Shown here: piece after piece, positions 28,150 through 38,701 of the stretch | Position numbering within the stretch: the first letter of the stretch is position 1 | Layout of the letters: each line of letters opens with the position of its first letter | Program-made: the position numbers and the translations under genes | The notes under the pieces: model-generated | What the model saw: the letters and a program-made list of their open reading frames with translations, nothing else | The model's database searches: none | Told to the model about the DNA's origin: nothing | From: Shigella phage ESh8 | Sequence record: ON528721 | DNA: 38,701 bases | Strand: one strand, 5' to 3'

Positions 28150-30555
28150 ATGGCTCTCATTAGTCAATCAATCAAGAACCTCAAGGGTGGTATCAGCCAA
28201 CAGCCAGATATTCTCCGGTTCGCTGAACAAGGTAGCGTGCAGATTAACGGTTGGTCTTCTGAGTCCGAGGGTCTCCAGAAGCGCCCACCGATGATTCACC
28301 TTAAGACCCTTGGCCCTGCTGGGTATGTGGGTGCGCAACCTTACGTGCATCTTATCAACCGTGATGAGTTCGAGCAGTATTTCGTGGTGTTCACTGGTGA
28401 AGACATTAAGGTGTTCGACCTCGATGGTAAGGAGTACCAAGTACGTGGAGACCGCTCTTATGTACGAACAGCCAACCCACGGGAAGACCTTCGGATGGTA
28501 ACGGTGGCTGACTATACCTTTGTTACTAACCGCAAGGTGGTTGTGCAGAGTAACGACCAATCGGTCAACCTTCCGGGCTTTAAAGACCAAGGTGATGCGC
28601 TGATTAATGTTCGTGGTGGGCAATATGGGCGTAGACTCTCAATCGAGTTCAACGGGGCTGAGCGTGCTGCTATTCAACTACCAGACGGCTCACAACCAGC
28701 ACACGTCAATGAGGTTGACGGTCAGGCCATCGCTGAGAAGCTGGCGGCTCAGTTGCGGAATAACCTAGGGAACCCAAACAATGAACAAAACCCAAATAAG
28801 TGGCGCTTCAACGTTGGCCCCGGATTCATCCATATCCTTGCGCCAAATAACGATAACGTTTGGGGACTACAGACTAAGGATGGTTACGCAGACCAGCTAA
28901 TCAACCCTGTAACCCATTACACTCAGTCGTTCCAGAAGTTGCCTATTAACGCTCCAGATGGGTACATTGTGAAGATTGTTGGTGATACCTCAAAGACTGC
29001 CGACCAGTATTACGTTAGGTTCGACCTCAACCGTAAGGTATGGGTAGAAACAATCGGCTGGAACACAAGGACTCACCTGCACTACCACACGATGCCTTGG
29101 GCGCTTGTACGTGCTTCTGACGGGAACTTTGACTTCAAGTACCTTGAGTGGGGTGCTCGTACTGTGGGTGATGATACAACTAACCCATACCCATCGTTTA
29201 CCGGACAGACAATCAATGATATTTTCTTCTTCCGTAACCGTTTGGGGTTCCTTAGTGGGGAGAACATCATCTTGTCTCGCACCTCGAAATACTTCAACTT
29301 CTTCCCGGCCTCCGTGTCAAACTACTCCGACGATGACCCAATCGACGTTGCGGTTAGCCACAACCGGGTGTCAACCTTGAAGTATGCCGTTCCGTTCTCC
29401 GAAGAGTTGCTCCTGTGGTCTGACCAAGCGCAGTTCGTTCTGACAGCCTCTGGTATCCTTTCGAGTCGCTCCGTAGAGTTGAACCTTACGACTCAGTTTG
29501 ATGTGCAAGACAGGGCACGCCCACATGGTGTAGGACGTAATGTATACTTTGCATCACCTCGCGCTTCCTTCACATCCATTAACCGATACTATGCGGTACA
29601 GGATGTAAGCTCTGTGAAGAACGCAGAGGACATGACGGCTCACGTTCCGAACTACATACCGAATGGGGTATTCAGTATATCGGGTACAACCGCTGAGAAC
29701 TTCGCGGCTATCCTTACGAGCGGAGCACCGAACCGGGTGTATATCTACAAGTTCCTCTATATTGATGAAGAAATCAGGCAGCAGTCGTGGTCTCATTGGG
29801 ACTTTGGGGACAACGTTACGGTGTTTGCAGCACAGGTGATAAACTCAACAATGACTGTATTGATGAGCAATGAACATGCTGTGTGGATGGGACGCTTGCA
29901 CTTCACGAAGAACTCCATAGACATTCCGGGAGAACCTTACAGATTATACATCGACGCTAAGAGGAAATACACCATCCCTGCCGGGACGTATAATGATGAT
30001 ACCTACCAGACGTCCATAAGCCTCGCAGCGATTTATGGGATGAACTTCACTAAGGGTAAAGTGTCTGTGGTCTTCCCTGATGGAAAGATTATAGAGGTAG
30101 ACCCGCCAATCAACGGTTGGAGCAGTGACCCGGTGTTACGACTTGATGGGAACCAAGAGGGCCAAGTGGTTTACATTGGGTTCAACATCCCATTCACGTA
30201 TACGTTCTCGAAGTTCCTCATTAAGAAGACTGCTGAGGACGGCTCGACGGCTACCGAGGATATTGGTCGCTTACAGCTTCGGCGTGCGTGGGTAAACTAT
30301 GAGGACTCAGGAGCGTTCACCATCCGTGTGAACAACCTGTCCCGTGAGTTCATCTACACAATGGCTGGCGCTCGTTTGGGTTCTGACAATCTGCGTGTTG
30401 GCAGGTCGAACATTGGCACAGGGCAGTACCGCTTCCCGGTGGTTGGCAATGCGCAGACGAACCTAGTAACCATCGAGTCCGATGCGTCTACCCCATTGAA
30501 CATCATTGGGTGCGGCTGGGAGGGGAACTACCTTCGTCGTTCTTCTGGCATTTAA
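28150..30555 (+). CDS. 12: Tail tubular protein B gp12, 801 aa
   Basis: 801 aa (T7 gp12 794 aa); position; RBS AAGGAGG. Confidence 0.95.
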   Translation: MALISQSIKNLKGGISQQPDILRFAEQGSVQINGWSSESEGLQKRPPMIHLKTLGPAGYVGAQPYVHLINRDEFEQYFVVFTGEDIKVFDLDGKEYQVRGDRSYVRTANPREDLRMVTVADYTFVTNRKVVVQSNDQSVNLPGFKDQGDALINVRGGQYGRRLSIEFNGAERAAIQLPDGSQPAHVNEVDGQAIAEKLAAQLRNNLGNPNNEQNPNKWRFNVGPGFIHILAPNNDNVWGLQTKDGYADQLINPVTHYTQSFQKLPINAPDGYIVKIVGDTSKTADQYYVRFDLNRKVWVETIGWNTRTHLHYHTMPWALVRASDGNFDFKYLEWGARTVGDDTTNPYPSFTGQTINDIFFFRNRLGFLSGENIILSRTSKYFNFFPASVSNYSDDDPIDVAVSHNRVSTLKYAVPFSEELLLWSDQAQFVLTASGILSSRSVELNLTTQFDVQDRARPHGVGRNVYFASPRASFTSINRYYAVQDVSSVKNAEDMTAHVPNYIPNGVFSISGTTAENFAAILTSGAPNRVYIYKFLYIDEEIRQQSWSHWDFGDNVTVFAAQVINSTMTVLMSNEHAVWMGRLHFTKNSIDIPGEPYRLYIDAKRKYTIPAGTYNDDTYQTSISLAAIYGMNFTKGKVSVVFPDGKIIEVDPPINGWSSDPVLRLDGNQEGQVVYIGFNIPFTYTFSKFLIKKTAEDGSTATEDIGRLQLRRAWVNYEDSGAFTIRVNNLSREFIYTMAGARLGSDNLRVGRSNIGTGQYRFPVVGNAQTNLVTIESDASTPLNIIGCGWEGNYLRRSSGI

Positions 30556-30575
30556 CTTAAAGTCTCCCTGCGGTG

Positions 30576-30598
30576 AATTAACCCTCACTAAAGGGAGA
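30576..30598 (+). promoter_or_regulatory. T3-type phage RNAP promoter, AATTAACCCTCACTAAAGGGAGA
   Basis: Perfect consensus. Confidence 0.95.
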
Positions 30599-30628
30599 CA
30601 CTAATAGATACGAGGGGGTTAAAGCATT

Positions 30629-31039
30629 ATGTACATTACAAAGTGTTTACAAATCCATGCCGACAACTTTCAGCCGTCCGTAGAGGACATTCTGGAAGCT
30701 GAGGCATTGGGTGTCGAACCAAAGGTAATTCCTGATGATAACACCGTGGCAATGCTTAGCGATAACGCTGTGTTGGCAATTGGTGGCAATCAGGGAGACC
30801 GAGTGTGGTTCCTTACCTCTAAGTACGTCCCACTGTTTACCTTGAGGGAGCGCTTAGAGTTTCGTAGACTTATCATTGAATATCGTGATATGATGCTGAG
30901 CCAGTACGAGTCCATTTGGAATTTCGTTTGGGTAGGCAATAAGTCACACATTCGTTTCCTAAAGACCATAGGCGCGGTATTCCATAATGAGTTTACCGCT
31001 GATGGTCAATTCCAATTATTCACTATCAGTAGGAGGTAA
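30629..31039 (+). CDS. 13: Internal virion protein A gp13, 136 aa
   Basis: Size and position as T7 gp13 (138 aa). Confidence 0.85.
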   Translation: MYITKCLQIHADNFQPSVEDILEAEALGVEPKVIPDDNTVAMLSDNAVLAIGGNQGDRVWFLTSKYVPLFTLRERLEFRRLIIEYRDMMLSQYESIWNFVWVGNKSHIRFLKTIGAVFHNEFTADGQFQLFTISRR

Positions 31040-31041
31040 CT

Positions 31042-31635
31042 ATGTGCTGGATGGCAGCGATTCCTATTGCCATGATGGGTGCCCAAGCTCTAAGTAGCCA
31101 GAACAGTGCTGACAAGGCGCGAGTGGCACAGACCGAAGCTGGACGCAGACAGGCAATGGAGATGGTCAAAGAGATGAATATCCAGAATGCCAACGCCTCG
31201 CTTGAACAACGGGACGCCCTTGAAGCTGCATCCTCTGAGTTGACTTCACGTAACATGCAGAAGGTACAAGCTATGGGAACCATCCGTGCAGCTATCGGCG
31301 AGAGTATGCTAGAAGGCGAATCCATGAAGCGCATCAAGCGTATCGAAGAGGGCAACTACATTCGGGAGGCCAATAGCGTCACCGAGAACTACCGTCGAGA
31401 CTACGCGAGTATCTTTGCGCAACAGTTGGGACGCACTCAGTCCACAGCAAGTCAAGTCGATTCCATATACAAGAGCGAGGCCAAAGGTAAGTCTGGTCTT
31501 ATGCGCGTACTAGACCCTCTGTCCATTATGGGTCAGGAAGCTGCAAGTCAATATGCGGCTGGTGGATTTGACAAGAAAGGTGGAAACCAAGCAGCACCTA
31601 TCAGTGCCGCCAAAGGAACCAAGACCGGGAGGTAA
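31042..31635 (+). CDS. 14: Internal virion (core) protein B gp14, 197 aa
   Basis: Size and position as T7 gp14 (196 aa). Confidence 0.9.
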   Translation: MCWMAAIPIAMMGAQALSSQNSADKARVAQTEAGRRQAMEMVKEMNIQNANASLEQRDALEAASSELTSRNMQKVQAMGTIRAAIGESMLEGESMKRIKRIEEGNYIREANSVTENYRRDYASIFAQQLGRTQSTASQVDSIYKSEAKGKSGLMRVLDPLSIMGQEAASQYAAGGFDKKGGNQAAPISAAKGTKTGR

Positions 31636-31637
31636 TA

Positions 31638-33881
31638 ATGGCTAGTAAACTAAATAGTGTTTTAGGTAACATGGCGACTCCCGGTATGGAACGACTCCGG
31701 GGCGTCAAAGGTATGGACTACCGGGCAGCAACCATTCAGGCTGAACAACCAAGGGCGAGTCTTCTGGACTCCATTAGTCGATTCGCTAAGGCTGGTGCCG
31801 ATATGTACATGGCGAAAGATGAACGTGATAAGCAACGAGCCGATGAGCGCTCCAACGAGATTATCCGTAAGCTGACCCCTGAGCAGCGCAGACAGGCTAT
31901 CCAGAATGGTACACTGCTGTATCAGGATGACCCATACGCAATGCAAGCCTTGAAGTTCAAGACAGGGCGTAATGCTGCGTTCCTCGTTGATGATGAGGTT
32001 CAACAGGCCATCAAAGAGGGTCGCTTCCGTACTCGTGAAGAGATGGAGCAGTATCGACACTCACGCCTACAGGAACAGTCGAAGTCGTTCGCTGAGCAGT
32101 TCGGCATCAATGAGATGGACGAGGAGTACCAGAAGGGTTTCAATGCGAACATCACAGAGCGTAACATTGCTCTGTATGGCGCACATGATACCTTCCTGAG
32201 TGACCAAGCGCAGAAGGGTGCTATCCTGAACTCGAAGGTTGAACTAAATGGTGTCCTGTCTGACCCTGACCTACTGTCTCGTCCTGAGTCCGGTGAGTTC
32301 TTCCAGAACTACATTGACAACTCATTGGTGACAGGGATGACCGACAATCAGGCTCAACAGGTTATCTCTTCGTCCTTGAATGACGTGCTACAGCGTCCGG
32401 GTGGTGCCGCCTTCTTGCAGAACATTGAGAACCGCAAGGTGACTCTTAATGGCGCTACGACTACCTATCGTGAACTGATGGGTGATGAACAGTGGCAGGC
32501 CATGATGATTAAGGCACAGCACACTCAATTCCAGAACAACGCGAAGTTAACAGAGAAGTTCCGACTGGATATTAACTCAGCGCTTAACCAAGCGGACACT
32601 GGTAAAGGCTGGGAGACTCTTCAAGGCATCAAGGCCGAACTCGATAAGATTCAGCCGGGTGAAGAGATGACTCCTGAGCGTGAGTGGTTGATTTCCGCAC
32701 AGGAACAGATGCGCACCCGCTTCAAGCAGGAACAGGCTGAGACAGCCAAGCTGATGGACAAGCAACAGAAGACCCTGAATAAATCTCTGGTCATCGACAA
32801 GCAGTTCCAGAAGCGCCTCAATGGTGAATACGTCTCGACCAACTATAAGGACATGCCGACCAACGAGAACACTGGTGAGTTTACACATAGCGATATGGTC
32901 AACTACGCGAACCAGAAGTTAGCGGAAATCGAAGCGATGGACTTAACACCTGAACAGAAAGACAAACTGAAATTGGACTACCTACGGGCAGACTCCAAGG
33001 AGGGTGCTTTCCGTGCAGCGTTTGGTGAGATGATTACTGACGCGGGTAACGAGTGGCAGGCTGCGGTGATTAACGGTAAGATGCCTGAGAGCACACCAGC
33101 GATGGACAACCTTCGTCGCATCCGCAACACTGACCCTGACCTGATTGCCTCTCTGTATCCTGACAAGGCCGAGTTGTTCCTGACTATGGACATGTTGGAT
33201 AACCAAGGTATCGACACGCAGGTTCTTATCGACGCTGATAAGTCCCGCGCACAGAAGACCAAGGAGATGCAGTTTGAGGATGACCGAGCGTGGGCCGCTA
33301 TGACGAACGATTCAACGAATCCGCAAATCAAGTACATGCCTGCTAGCGTCCAAGGTTACGCACGGAAGATTTATGATTCCGTGAAGTACCGGACAGGGAA
33401 CCCTGACATGGCAACCGAACAGGTCGCAAAGTTCCTCTCTGATTCAACGACTACGTTCTCCAGTAGTGATGTTGATGGCGATACCTATGGTGTCCTGCCG
33501 AAGAACATCCTTACTGTTTCGGATGACCCTAAGTCGTGGGAGCAAGGTAAGAACATTCTGGACGAAGCCATTAAGGGAATCACAGCGGCGAACCCTTGGA
33601 TTACCAACAAGCAACTGTCGGTGTACCAGCAAGGTGATTCAATCTACCTGATGGACACAACCGGACAGGTTCGCATTCGGTATGACCAAGAGTTGCTCCA
33701 GCGTGAGTACCAGCGTACCGCACAGATGCAAGCTGAGGCAGCACGAGAGAAAGCCCTCAAAGAGGCCAACAAGCGTGCCCCAATCAGCCGTGTATCACAG
33801 GCGCGTGAAGAAGCGCGTAAACGTGTCCAAGAGAAACGGAAGAAGACTCCGAAGTACATCTATGGACGTAAAGAAGACTAA
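31638..33881 (+). CDS. 15: Internal virion (core) protein C gp15, 747 aa
   Basis: 747 aa, identical length to T7 gp15; position. Confidence 0.95.
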   Translation: MASKLNSVLGNMATPGMERLRGVKGMDYRAATIQAEQPRASLLDSISRFAKAGADMYMAKDERDKQRADERSNEIIRKLTPEQRRQAIQNGTLLYQDDPYAMQALKFKTGRNAAFLVDDEVQQAIKEGRFRTREEMEQYRHSRLQEQSKSFAEQFGINEMDEEYQKGFNANITERNIALYGAHDTFLSDQAQKGAILNSKVELNGVLSDPDLLSRPESGEFFQNYIDNSLVTGMTDNQAQQVISSSLNDVLQRPGGAAFLQNIENRKVTLNGATTTYRELMGDEQWQAMMIKAQHTQFQNNAKLTEKFRLDINSALNQADTGKGWETLQGIKAELDKIQPGEEMTPEREWLISAQEQMRTRFKQEQAETAKLMDKQQKTLNKSLVIDKQFQKRLNGEYVSTNYKDMPTNENTGEFTHSDMVNYANQKLAEIEAMDLTPEQKDKLKLDYLRADSKEGAFRAAFGEMITDAGNEWQAAVINGKMPESTPAMDNLRRIRNTDPDLIASLYPDKAELFLTMDMLDNQGIDTQVLIDADKSRAQKTKEMQFEDDRAWAAMTNDSTNPQIKYMPASVQGYARKIYDSVKYRTGNPDMATEQVAKFLSDSTTTFSSSDVDGDTYGVLPKNILTVSDDPKSWEQGKNILDEAIKGITAANPWITNKQLSVYQQGDSIYLMDTTGQVRIRYDQELLQREYQRTAQMQAEAAREKALKEANKRAPISRVSQAREEARKRVQEKRKKTPKYIYGRKED

Positions 33882-33899
33882 CAGTGATAAGGAGGCTCC

Positions 33900-36800
33900 A
33901 TGAGCTACGATAAGAACAAACCTAGCGAGTTCGATGGGTTATTTCAAAAAGCGGCAGACAAACATGGGGTCTCCTATGACCTGCTTCGTAAATTAGCATT
34001 CAATGAGTCCAGCTTCAATCCAAAGGCCAAATCACCAACTGGCCCGAAGGGTCTCATGCAGTTCACCAAGGGTACAGCCACTGCGCTTGGCCTAAAGGTT
34101 ACTGACGATGATGACGATGACCGTTACAACCCTGAGTTGGCTGTGGATGCAGCCGCTCGTCACCTGAGTGACCTCATTCGGAAGTACGATGGGGATGAAC
34201 TCAAAGCTGCCTTGGCGTATAATCAGGGCGAGGGGCGCAACGGTGCTCCACAGATACAGGCTTATGACAAAGGTGATTGGGCTTCAATCTCTGAGGAAGG
34301 TCGTAACTATATGCGTAACCTGATGGACGTAGCCAACAGTCCTCGCAAGGGGGACTTGGAGGCGTTCGGCGGTATCACCCCAAAGGCTAAGGGCATTCCA
34401 TCGGGGGATGCATTTGCTGGAATCGGGAAGAAGCAGACGGTAGGAACCGACCTGCCGGAGTCAACTGGATTCAAAGTGGAGGGTAAAGAGCAGAAAGCAC
34501 CTAACGTGCCTTATGCTAAGGACTTTTGGGAAAAGACTGGAACAACACTGGACGAGTTTAACTCACGCTCTACCTTCTTCGGAATTGGAGATGCAACAAG
34601 TGCGGAGCTTCACAACTCTGTACTTGGAGTTGCTTTCCGTGCAGCCCGTAGCGACGATGGTTTTGATTTGTTCAAGGACACCATTACGCCTACCCGTTGG
34701 AATAGCCATACGTGGACTCCAGAAGAGCTAGAGCGAATCCGTAAGGAAGTGAAGAACCCCGCGTACATCAACGTAGTCACTGGAGGCTCTCCTGAGAATC
34801 TGGACGCCCTCATTAAGATGGCGAATGACAACTACGAGATGGACGCACGGTCTGCCGATGCTGGTGTTGGTGCCAAACTTACTGCTGGTATCGTCGGTGC
34901 TGGTGTAGACCCGCTGAGTTACGTGCCGCTAGTAGGCGTAGCCGGGAAGGGTCTCAAGGTGGTTAACAAGGCTTTCATTGTGGGTACTCAAAGTGCTGGC
35001 CTCGCTGTTGCCTCTGAGGGTCTCCGTACATCAATCGCTGGTGGAGAAGCCCACTATGCTGATGCTGCTTTAGGTGGTCTGATGTTCGGTGCCGGGATGA
35101 GCGCAATCAGTGACGCTATCGCTGCTGGTATTCGCCGTTCCCGTGGGACTGAGGTTGTTAATGACTTCGCTCCTATGGCACACCGCTTGGAAGCCCGTGA
35201 GACCGCTCTGAACTCTGGTGGGGAAGACCTGACCCGTATGCCTAGCGAGAACCGTGTGTTCGACCGTGAGCACGCTGGCGTTGAGTATTCACCTCTGGAG
35301 ACCGAGCCGGGTGCCGTTGTGTTACCTCAAGGTCAAATCCTGAGCGACACCAACCCACTTAACCCTCAGACTCTTAGCGAGTTCGAGGCGGTCAACCCTG
35401 AGCGTGCCGCTCGTGGTATCTCTTTGGGTGGTTTCACTGAGATTGGCTTGAAGACTCTCCGCTCTGAGAACCAGACTGTTCGCTCCATTGCGAGTGACCT
35501 TGTGCGTTCTCCGACAGGGATGGAATCAGGCTCTAACGGTAAGTTCGGTGCGACTGCTTCTGACATTAAGGAGCGGCTCCACGCGAACAATCAGCGCACC
35601 TACAATCAGCTTTATGATGCTGTGCGTACTGCAATGAAAGACCCTGAGTTCTCCACGGGTGGGGCCACAATGAGCCGTAAGGAAATCCGACAGGAAATCT
35701 ACAAGCGTGCAGCCTTGGCGATTGAGCGACCTGAGCTTCAAGCAAACCTGACAAAGGGTGAGCGGAACGTGATGAAAATCCTCAAGCAGCACTTTGACCT
35801 CAAACGTGAAATCATGGAGAACCCGTCAATCTTCGGCAACACCAAGGCGGTCAGTATCTTCCCCGGCTCACGCCACAAGGGAACCTACGTGCCAAACGTG
35901 TACGACCGAGCTATCAAGATTGAGATGGTTAAGCGTTACGGTAATGATGGCTTGCAGCGAGCAATCGCGGAGTCATGGTTGACGTCTTATCGTGCTCGTC
36001 CAGAAGTCAAGGCGAGGGTCGATGAGTACCTGATGGAACTTAACGGTCTCAAATCCGTGCAGGAAGTTACGCCTGAGATGGTGCAGAAGCACGCGATGGA
36101 CAAGGCGTATGGTATTTCACACACTGACCAGTTCTCTGCCTCCTCTGTCATTGAGGATAACATTGAGGGTCTGGTGGGTATCGAGAACAACAACTTCTTG
36201 GAAGCCCGTAACATGTTCGACAGTGACATGGCGGTGACTCTCCCTGATGGTAACACGTTCTCTGTGAATGACCTGCGTACCTATGACATGGCTGAAATTC
36301 TGCCTGCATACGACCGACGAGTAGATGGTGATGTTGCAATCATGGGTGGTTCCGGTAAGACTACCAAAGACCTGAAAGATGAAATCATGGCGCTGGATAA
36401 GCAGTCAGAGGGCAACGGCACATTGAAAGGTGAAGTGGAAGCCCTCAAGGACACCGTGAAGATTCTGACTGGTCGTGCCCGTAGGAACCCGGAAGGCGCT
36501 TGGGGTACAGCCCTGCGCTCCGTCAATGACCTCACGTTCTTTGCTAAGAACGCCTATATGGGCGCACAGAACGTTACTGAAATCGCTGGTATGCTGGCGA
36601 AAGGTAACGTCTCTGCGATAACTCACGGAATACCCATGATTAACGATTGGGTCAACCGTGGTAAACCGCTTCGTGCCTCTGAGATTAAGGAGCTACACGG
36701 GATGGTGTTCGGTAAGGAACTAGACCAACTAATCCGTCCGGGACGTGAAGACCACGTGCGCCGACTCCGGGAGTCTACGGACACCAGCGCTGCGGTTGCC

Positions 36801-37862
36801 AATGTGGTCGGTACGATTCGTTTCGGTACTCAAGAGTTGGCTGCACGCTCTCCTTGGACAATGCTCCTGAACGGAACATCAAACTACATTCTTGATGCTG
36901 CCCGTCAGGGTGTGCTTGGGGATGTGGCTGGAGCGGCCCTTGCTGGGAAAGCCTCTAAGTTCGGTAAGGCAAACTACCTTAAGTCTGCCTCTATCAGCCC
37001 TGAGCAGTGGAATGGAATCAAGCAGTTGTTCAGAGACCATGCGACTCGTGGAGAAGACGGTAAGTTCACCATTCGTGACAAACAGGCTTTCGCTAACGAC
37101 CCTCGTTCAATGGACTTGTGGCGACTGGCCGACAAGGTGGCGGATGAGACTATACTGCGCCCTCACAAGGTTTCCTCACAGGACTCCAAAGCGTTCGGTG
37201 CAGGGGTGAAGATGGTGATGCAGTTTAAGAACTTCGTCATCAAGTCCCTTAACTCCCGGTTCGTCCGTAGCTTCTACGAGGCAACGAAGAACAACCGTGC
37301 GTTAGACCAAGCGTTGACTCACATCATCTCCTTGGGTCTAGCTGGTGGTTACTACGTTGGGCAGGCGCACCTTAAGGCTGCGAGTCTACAGGAGCACAAA
37401 CGTAAGGAGTACCTTAAGAACGCCCTTGACCCTAAGATGATTGCTCATGCGTCAATCTCTCGTAGTTCACACTTAGGCTCGCCAGTGAGTATCTACGACA
37501 TGTTCGCTGGGATGGTTGGTAGCGATACCTATAAGTACACCCGCTCTACGGTACTCCCTAAAGAGTCCGAGAAGCGTGACCCTACCAAGGCAGTGACAGG
37601 TAGACAGGTGGCTTCAACTATCGCAGGTGCAGTTGGTGAGCAGGTTCCGGGTTTAGGTTTTGTTGGCTCTGTGGGTGCAACAGCTATTAACGCCGCTTCC
37701 CTGCTGTCTTCTCCAAACAAGGCTACCGCTCTGGAGTTCCGTACAGGACTCTTCAACACCTCTCGTGAGTTGATTCCTAATGACCCGCTATCGCAGCAAC
37801 TCATTATGAAAATCTACGAGGCCAACGGTATCCGCGTAAAGGAGACGCCGAAGAAACAATAA
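33900..37862 (+). CDS. 16: Internal virion (core) protein D gp16 with N-terminal lytic transglycosylase domain, 1320 aa
   Basis: 1320 aa (T7 gp16 1318 aa); N-terminal SLT-like motifs LAFNESSFNP...GLMQF. Confidence 0.95.
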   Translation: MSYDKNKPSEFDGLFQKAADKHGVSYDLLRKLAFNESSFNPKAKSPTGPKGLMQFTKGTATALGLKVTDDDDDDRYNPELAVDAAARHLSDLIRKYDGDELKAALAYNQGEGRNGAPQIQAYDKGDWASISEEGRNYMRNLMDVANSPRKGDLEAFGGITPKAKGIPSGDAFAGIGKKQTVGTDLPESTGFKVEGKEQKAPNVPYAKDFWEKTGTTLDEFNSRSTFFGIGDATSAELHNSVLGVAFRAARSDDGFDLFKDTITPTRWNSHTWTPEELERIRKEVKNPAYINVVTGGSPENLDALIKMANDNYEMDARSADAGVGAKLTAGIVGAGVDPLSYVPLVGVAGKGLKVVNKAFIVGTQSAGLAVASEGLRTSIAGGEAHYADAALGGLMFGAGMSAISDAIAAGIRRSRGTEVVNDFAPMAHRLEARETALNSGGEDLTRMPSENRVFDREHAGVEYSPLETEPGAVVLPQGQILSDTNPLNPQTLSEFEAVNPERAARGISLGGFTEIGLKTLRSENQTVRSIASDLVRSPTGMESGSNGKFGATASDIKERLHANNQRTYNQLYDAVRTAMKDPEFSTGGATMSRKEIRQEIYKRAALAIERPELQANLTKGERNVMKILKQHFDLKREIMENPSIFGNTKAVSIFPGSRHKGTYVPNVYDRAIKIEMVKRYGNDGLQRAIAESWLTSYRARPEVKARVDEYLMELNGLKSVQEVTPEMVQKHAMDKAYGISHTDQFSASSVIEDNIEGLVGIENNNFLEARNMFDSDMAVTLPDGNTFSVNDLRTYDMAEILPAYDRRVDGDVAIMGGSGKTTKDLKDEIMALDKQSEGNGTLKGEVEALKDTVKILTGRARRNPEGAWGTALRSVNDLTFFAKNAYMGAQNVTEIAGMLAKGNVSAITHGIPMINDWVNRGKPLRASEIKELHGMVFGKELDQLIRPGREDHVRRLRESTDTSAAVANVVGTIRFGTQELAARSPWTMLLNGTSNYILDAARQGVLGDVAGAALAGKASKFGKANYLKSASISPEQWNGIKQLFRDHATRGEDGKFTIRDKQAFANDPRSMDLWRLADKVADETILRPHKVSSQDSKAFGAGVKMVMQFKNFVIKSLNSRFVRSFYEATKNNRALDQALTHIISLGLAGGYYVGQAHLKAASLQEHKRKEYLKNALDPKMIAHASISRSSHLGSPVSIYDMFAGMVGSDTYKYTRSTVLPKESEKRDPTKAVTGRQVASTIAGAVGEQVPGLGFVGSVGATAINAASLLSSPNKATALEFRTGLFNTSRELIPNDPLSQQLIMKIYEANGIRVKETPKKQ

Positions 37863-37880
37863 ACCCTCACTAAAGGGAGA
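37858..37880 (+). promoter_or_regulatory. T3-type phage RNAP promoter (phi17), AATAAACCCTCACTAAAGGGAGA
   Basis: Consensus core; overlaps gene 16 stop; followed by GAGAGAGG...CCTCTTCTCTC inverted repeat. Confidence 0.9.
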
Positions 37881-37933
37881 GAGGTCACATTCTGGCCTCT
37901 TCTCTCTTAATGCTAATTTACAAAGGAGGTCAC

Positions 37934-38701
37934 ATGGCTACAACTATTAAGACCGTGATGACTTACCCGCTGGATGGCTCCACTACGGACTTCAATATTC
38001 CGTTTGAGTATCTGGCTCGTAAGTTCGTCCGAGTGACACTTATCGGCGTTGACCGAAAGGAACTCATCTTGAATCAAGACTATCGTTTTGCGACTAAGAC
38101 CACAATCTCCACAACGAGAGCATTGGGGCCAGCGGACGGTTATACTTTGATTGAAATCCGTCGATTCACCTCCGCTACAGACCGTCTGGTTGACTTTACC
38201 GACGGCTCTATCCTGCGGGCATATGATTTGAACATCTCGCAGGTTCAGACACTCCACGTTGCTGAGGAAGCCCGTGACCTTACCACTGATACAATTGGCG
38301 TTAACAATGATGGGAACTTGGATGCTCGTGGTCGTCGTATCGTTAACGTTGCGGATGCGCAAGATGTAGGTGATGCAGTCAACTTAGGCCAAATCCAACG
38401 GTGGAACGACTCTGCGTTGAACTCTGCGAATCGAGCGAAACAGGAAGCTGACCGTGCTACCGCTCGTGCAAACGATGCGAACAACTCTGCGAACGCATCT
38501 GCAAGCTCTGCAAGCTCTTCTGCTGGGTCTGCTGAGTTATCAAAACAGTGGGCCGTTAAGGAAACCGCTGTGGAGCCAAATCTAGAATCATCACGAACCT
38601 ACGCGCTTCACTCCATGTCATACCGGAATGAGGCTAAAGGCTCTGCCGACCGTGCCGCTGTTTCCGAGACCAACGCTAAGGACTCCGAAGTTTCCGCTGC
38701 T
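37934..38701 (+). CDS. 17: Tail fiber protein gp17, N-terminal portion (3' end cut by window end; 256 codons, no stop)
   Basis: MATTIKTVMTYPLDGSTTDFNIPFEYLARKFVRVTLIGVDRKEL... matches T7 gp17 N-terminal tail-attachment domain; RBS AAAGGAGGT. Confidence 0.95.
   Translation, partial: MATTIKTVMTYPLDGSTTDFNIPFEYLARKFVRVTLIGVDRKELILNQDYRFATKTTISTTRALGPADGYTLIEIRRFTSATDRLVDFTDGSILRAYDLNISQVQTLHVAEEARDLTTDTIGVNNDGNLDARGRRIVNVADAQDVGDAVNLGQIQRWNDSALNSANRAKQEADRATARANDANNSANASASSASSSAGSAELSKQWAVKETAVEPNLESSRTYALHSMSYRNEAKGSADRAAVSETNAKDSEVSAA

Noticed and set aside
38600-38701. Possibility that the window end and window start are duplicate copies of the same sequence (simple overlap)
   Set aside because: The two ends share a 16-mer and similar peptide repeats but are not identical over longer stretches, so they are adjacent repeat units within gene 17 rather than a duplicated segment.

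Overview
The window reads as a complete, circularly permuted genome of a T3-like podophage (T7 supergroup, Autographiviridae), with the window origin falling inside the tail fiber gene. All genes are on the + strand in canonical T7/T3 order: 17 (C-terminal part), 17.5 holin, 18, 18.5/18.7 spanins, 19 terminase, 19.5, then the genome-end region (one terminal-repeat copy, CCTAAAG-type short repeats, three host sigma70-type early promoters), then 0.3 SAMase, 0.7 kinase, gene 1 RNA polymerase, the class II replication genes (ligase, SSB, endonuclease I, lysozyme, primase-helicase, DNA polymerase, exonuclease) and the class III structural genes (portal, scaffold, capsid 10A/10B, tail tube 11/12, internal core 13-16), ending in the N-terminal part of gene 17. 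Fifteen copies of the T3-type phage RNA polymerase promoter (core CCCTCACTAA followed by A/C-GGGAGA), about nine RNase III-type processing hairpins with a shared ACTCAAGG...CCTTTATGAT motif, and two intrinsic terminators (TE after ligase, Tphi after the capsid gene) are visible. No tRNA, rRNA, CRISPR array, integrase or transposase was seen. This is a well-described type of system, not a new one; the points that depart from the canonical T3/T7 picture are (i) a mosaic tail fiber whose C-terminus carries a different receptor-binding module ending in an intramolecular-chaperone (peptidase S74-like) self-cleaving domain, (ii) a free-standing HNH endonuclease gene wedged between the SSB and endonuclease I genes, (iii) a -1 frameshift capsid extension (10B) with an Ig-like domain, and (iv) a cluster of small early membrane/Cys-rich ORFs of unknown function. 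All homology statements are from reading the translations against remembered T7/T3 proteins; no database search was run.
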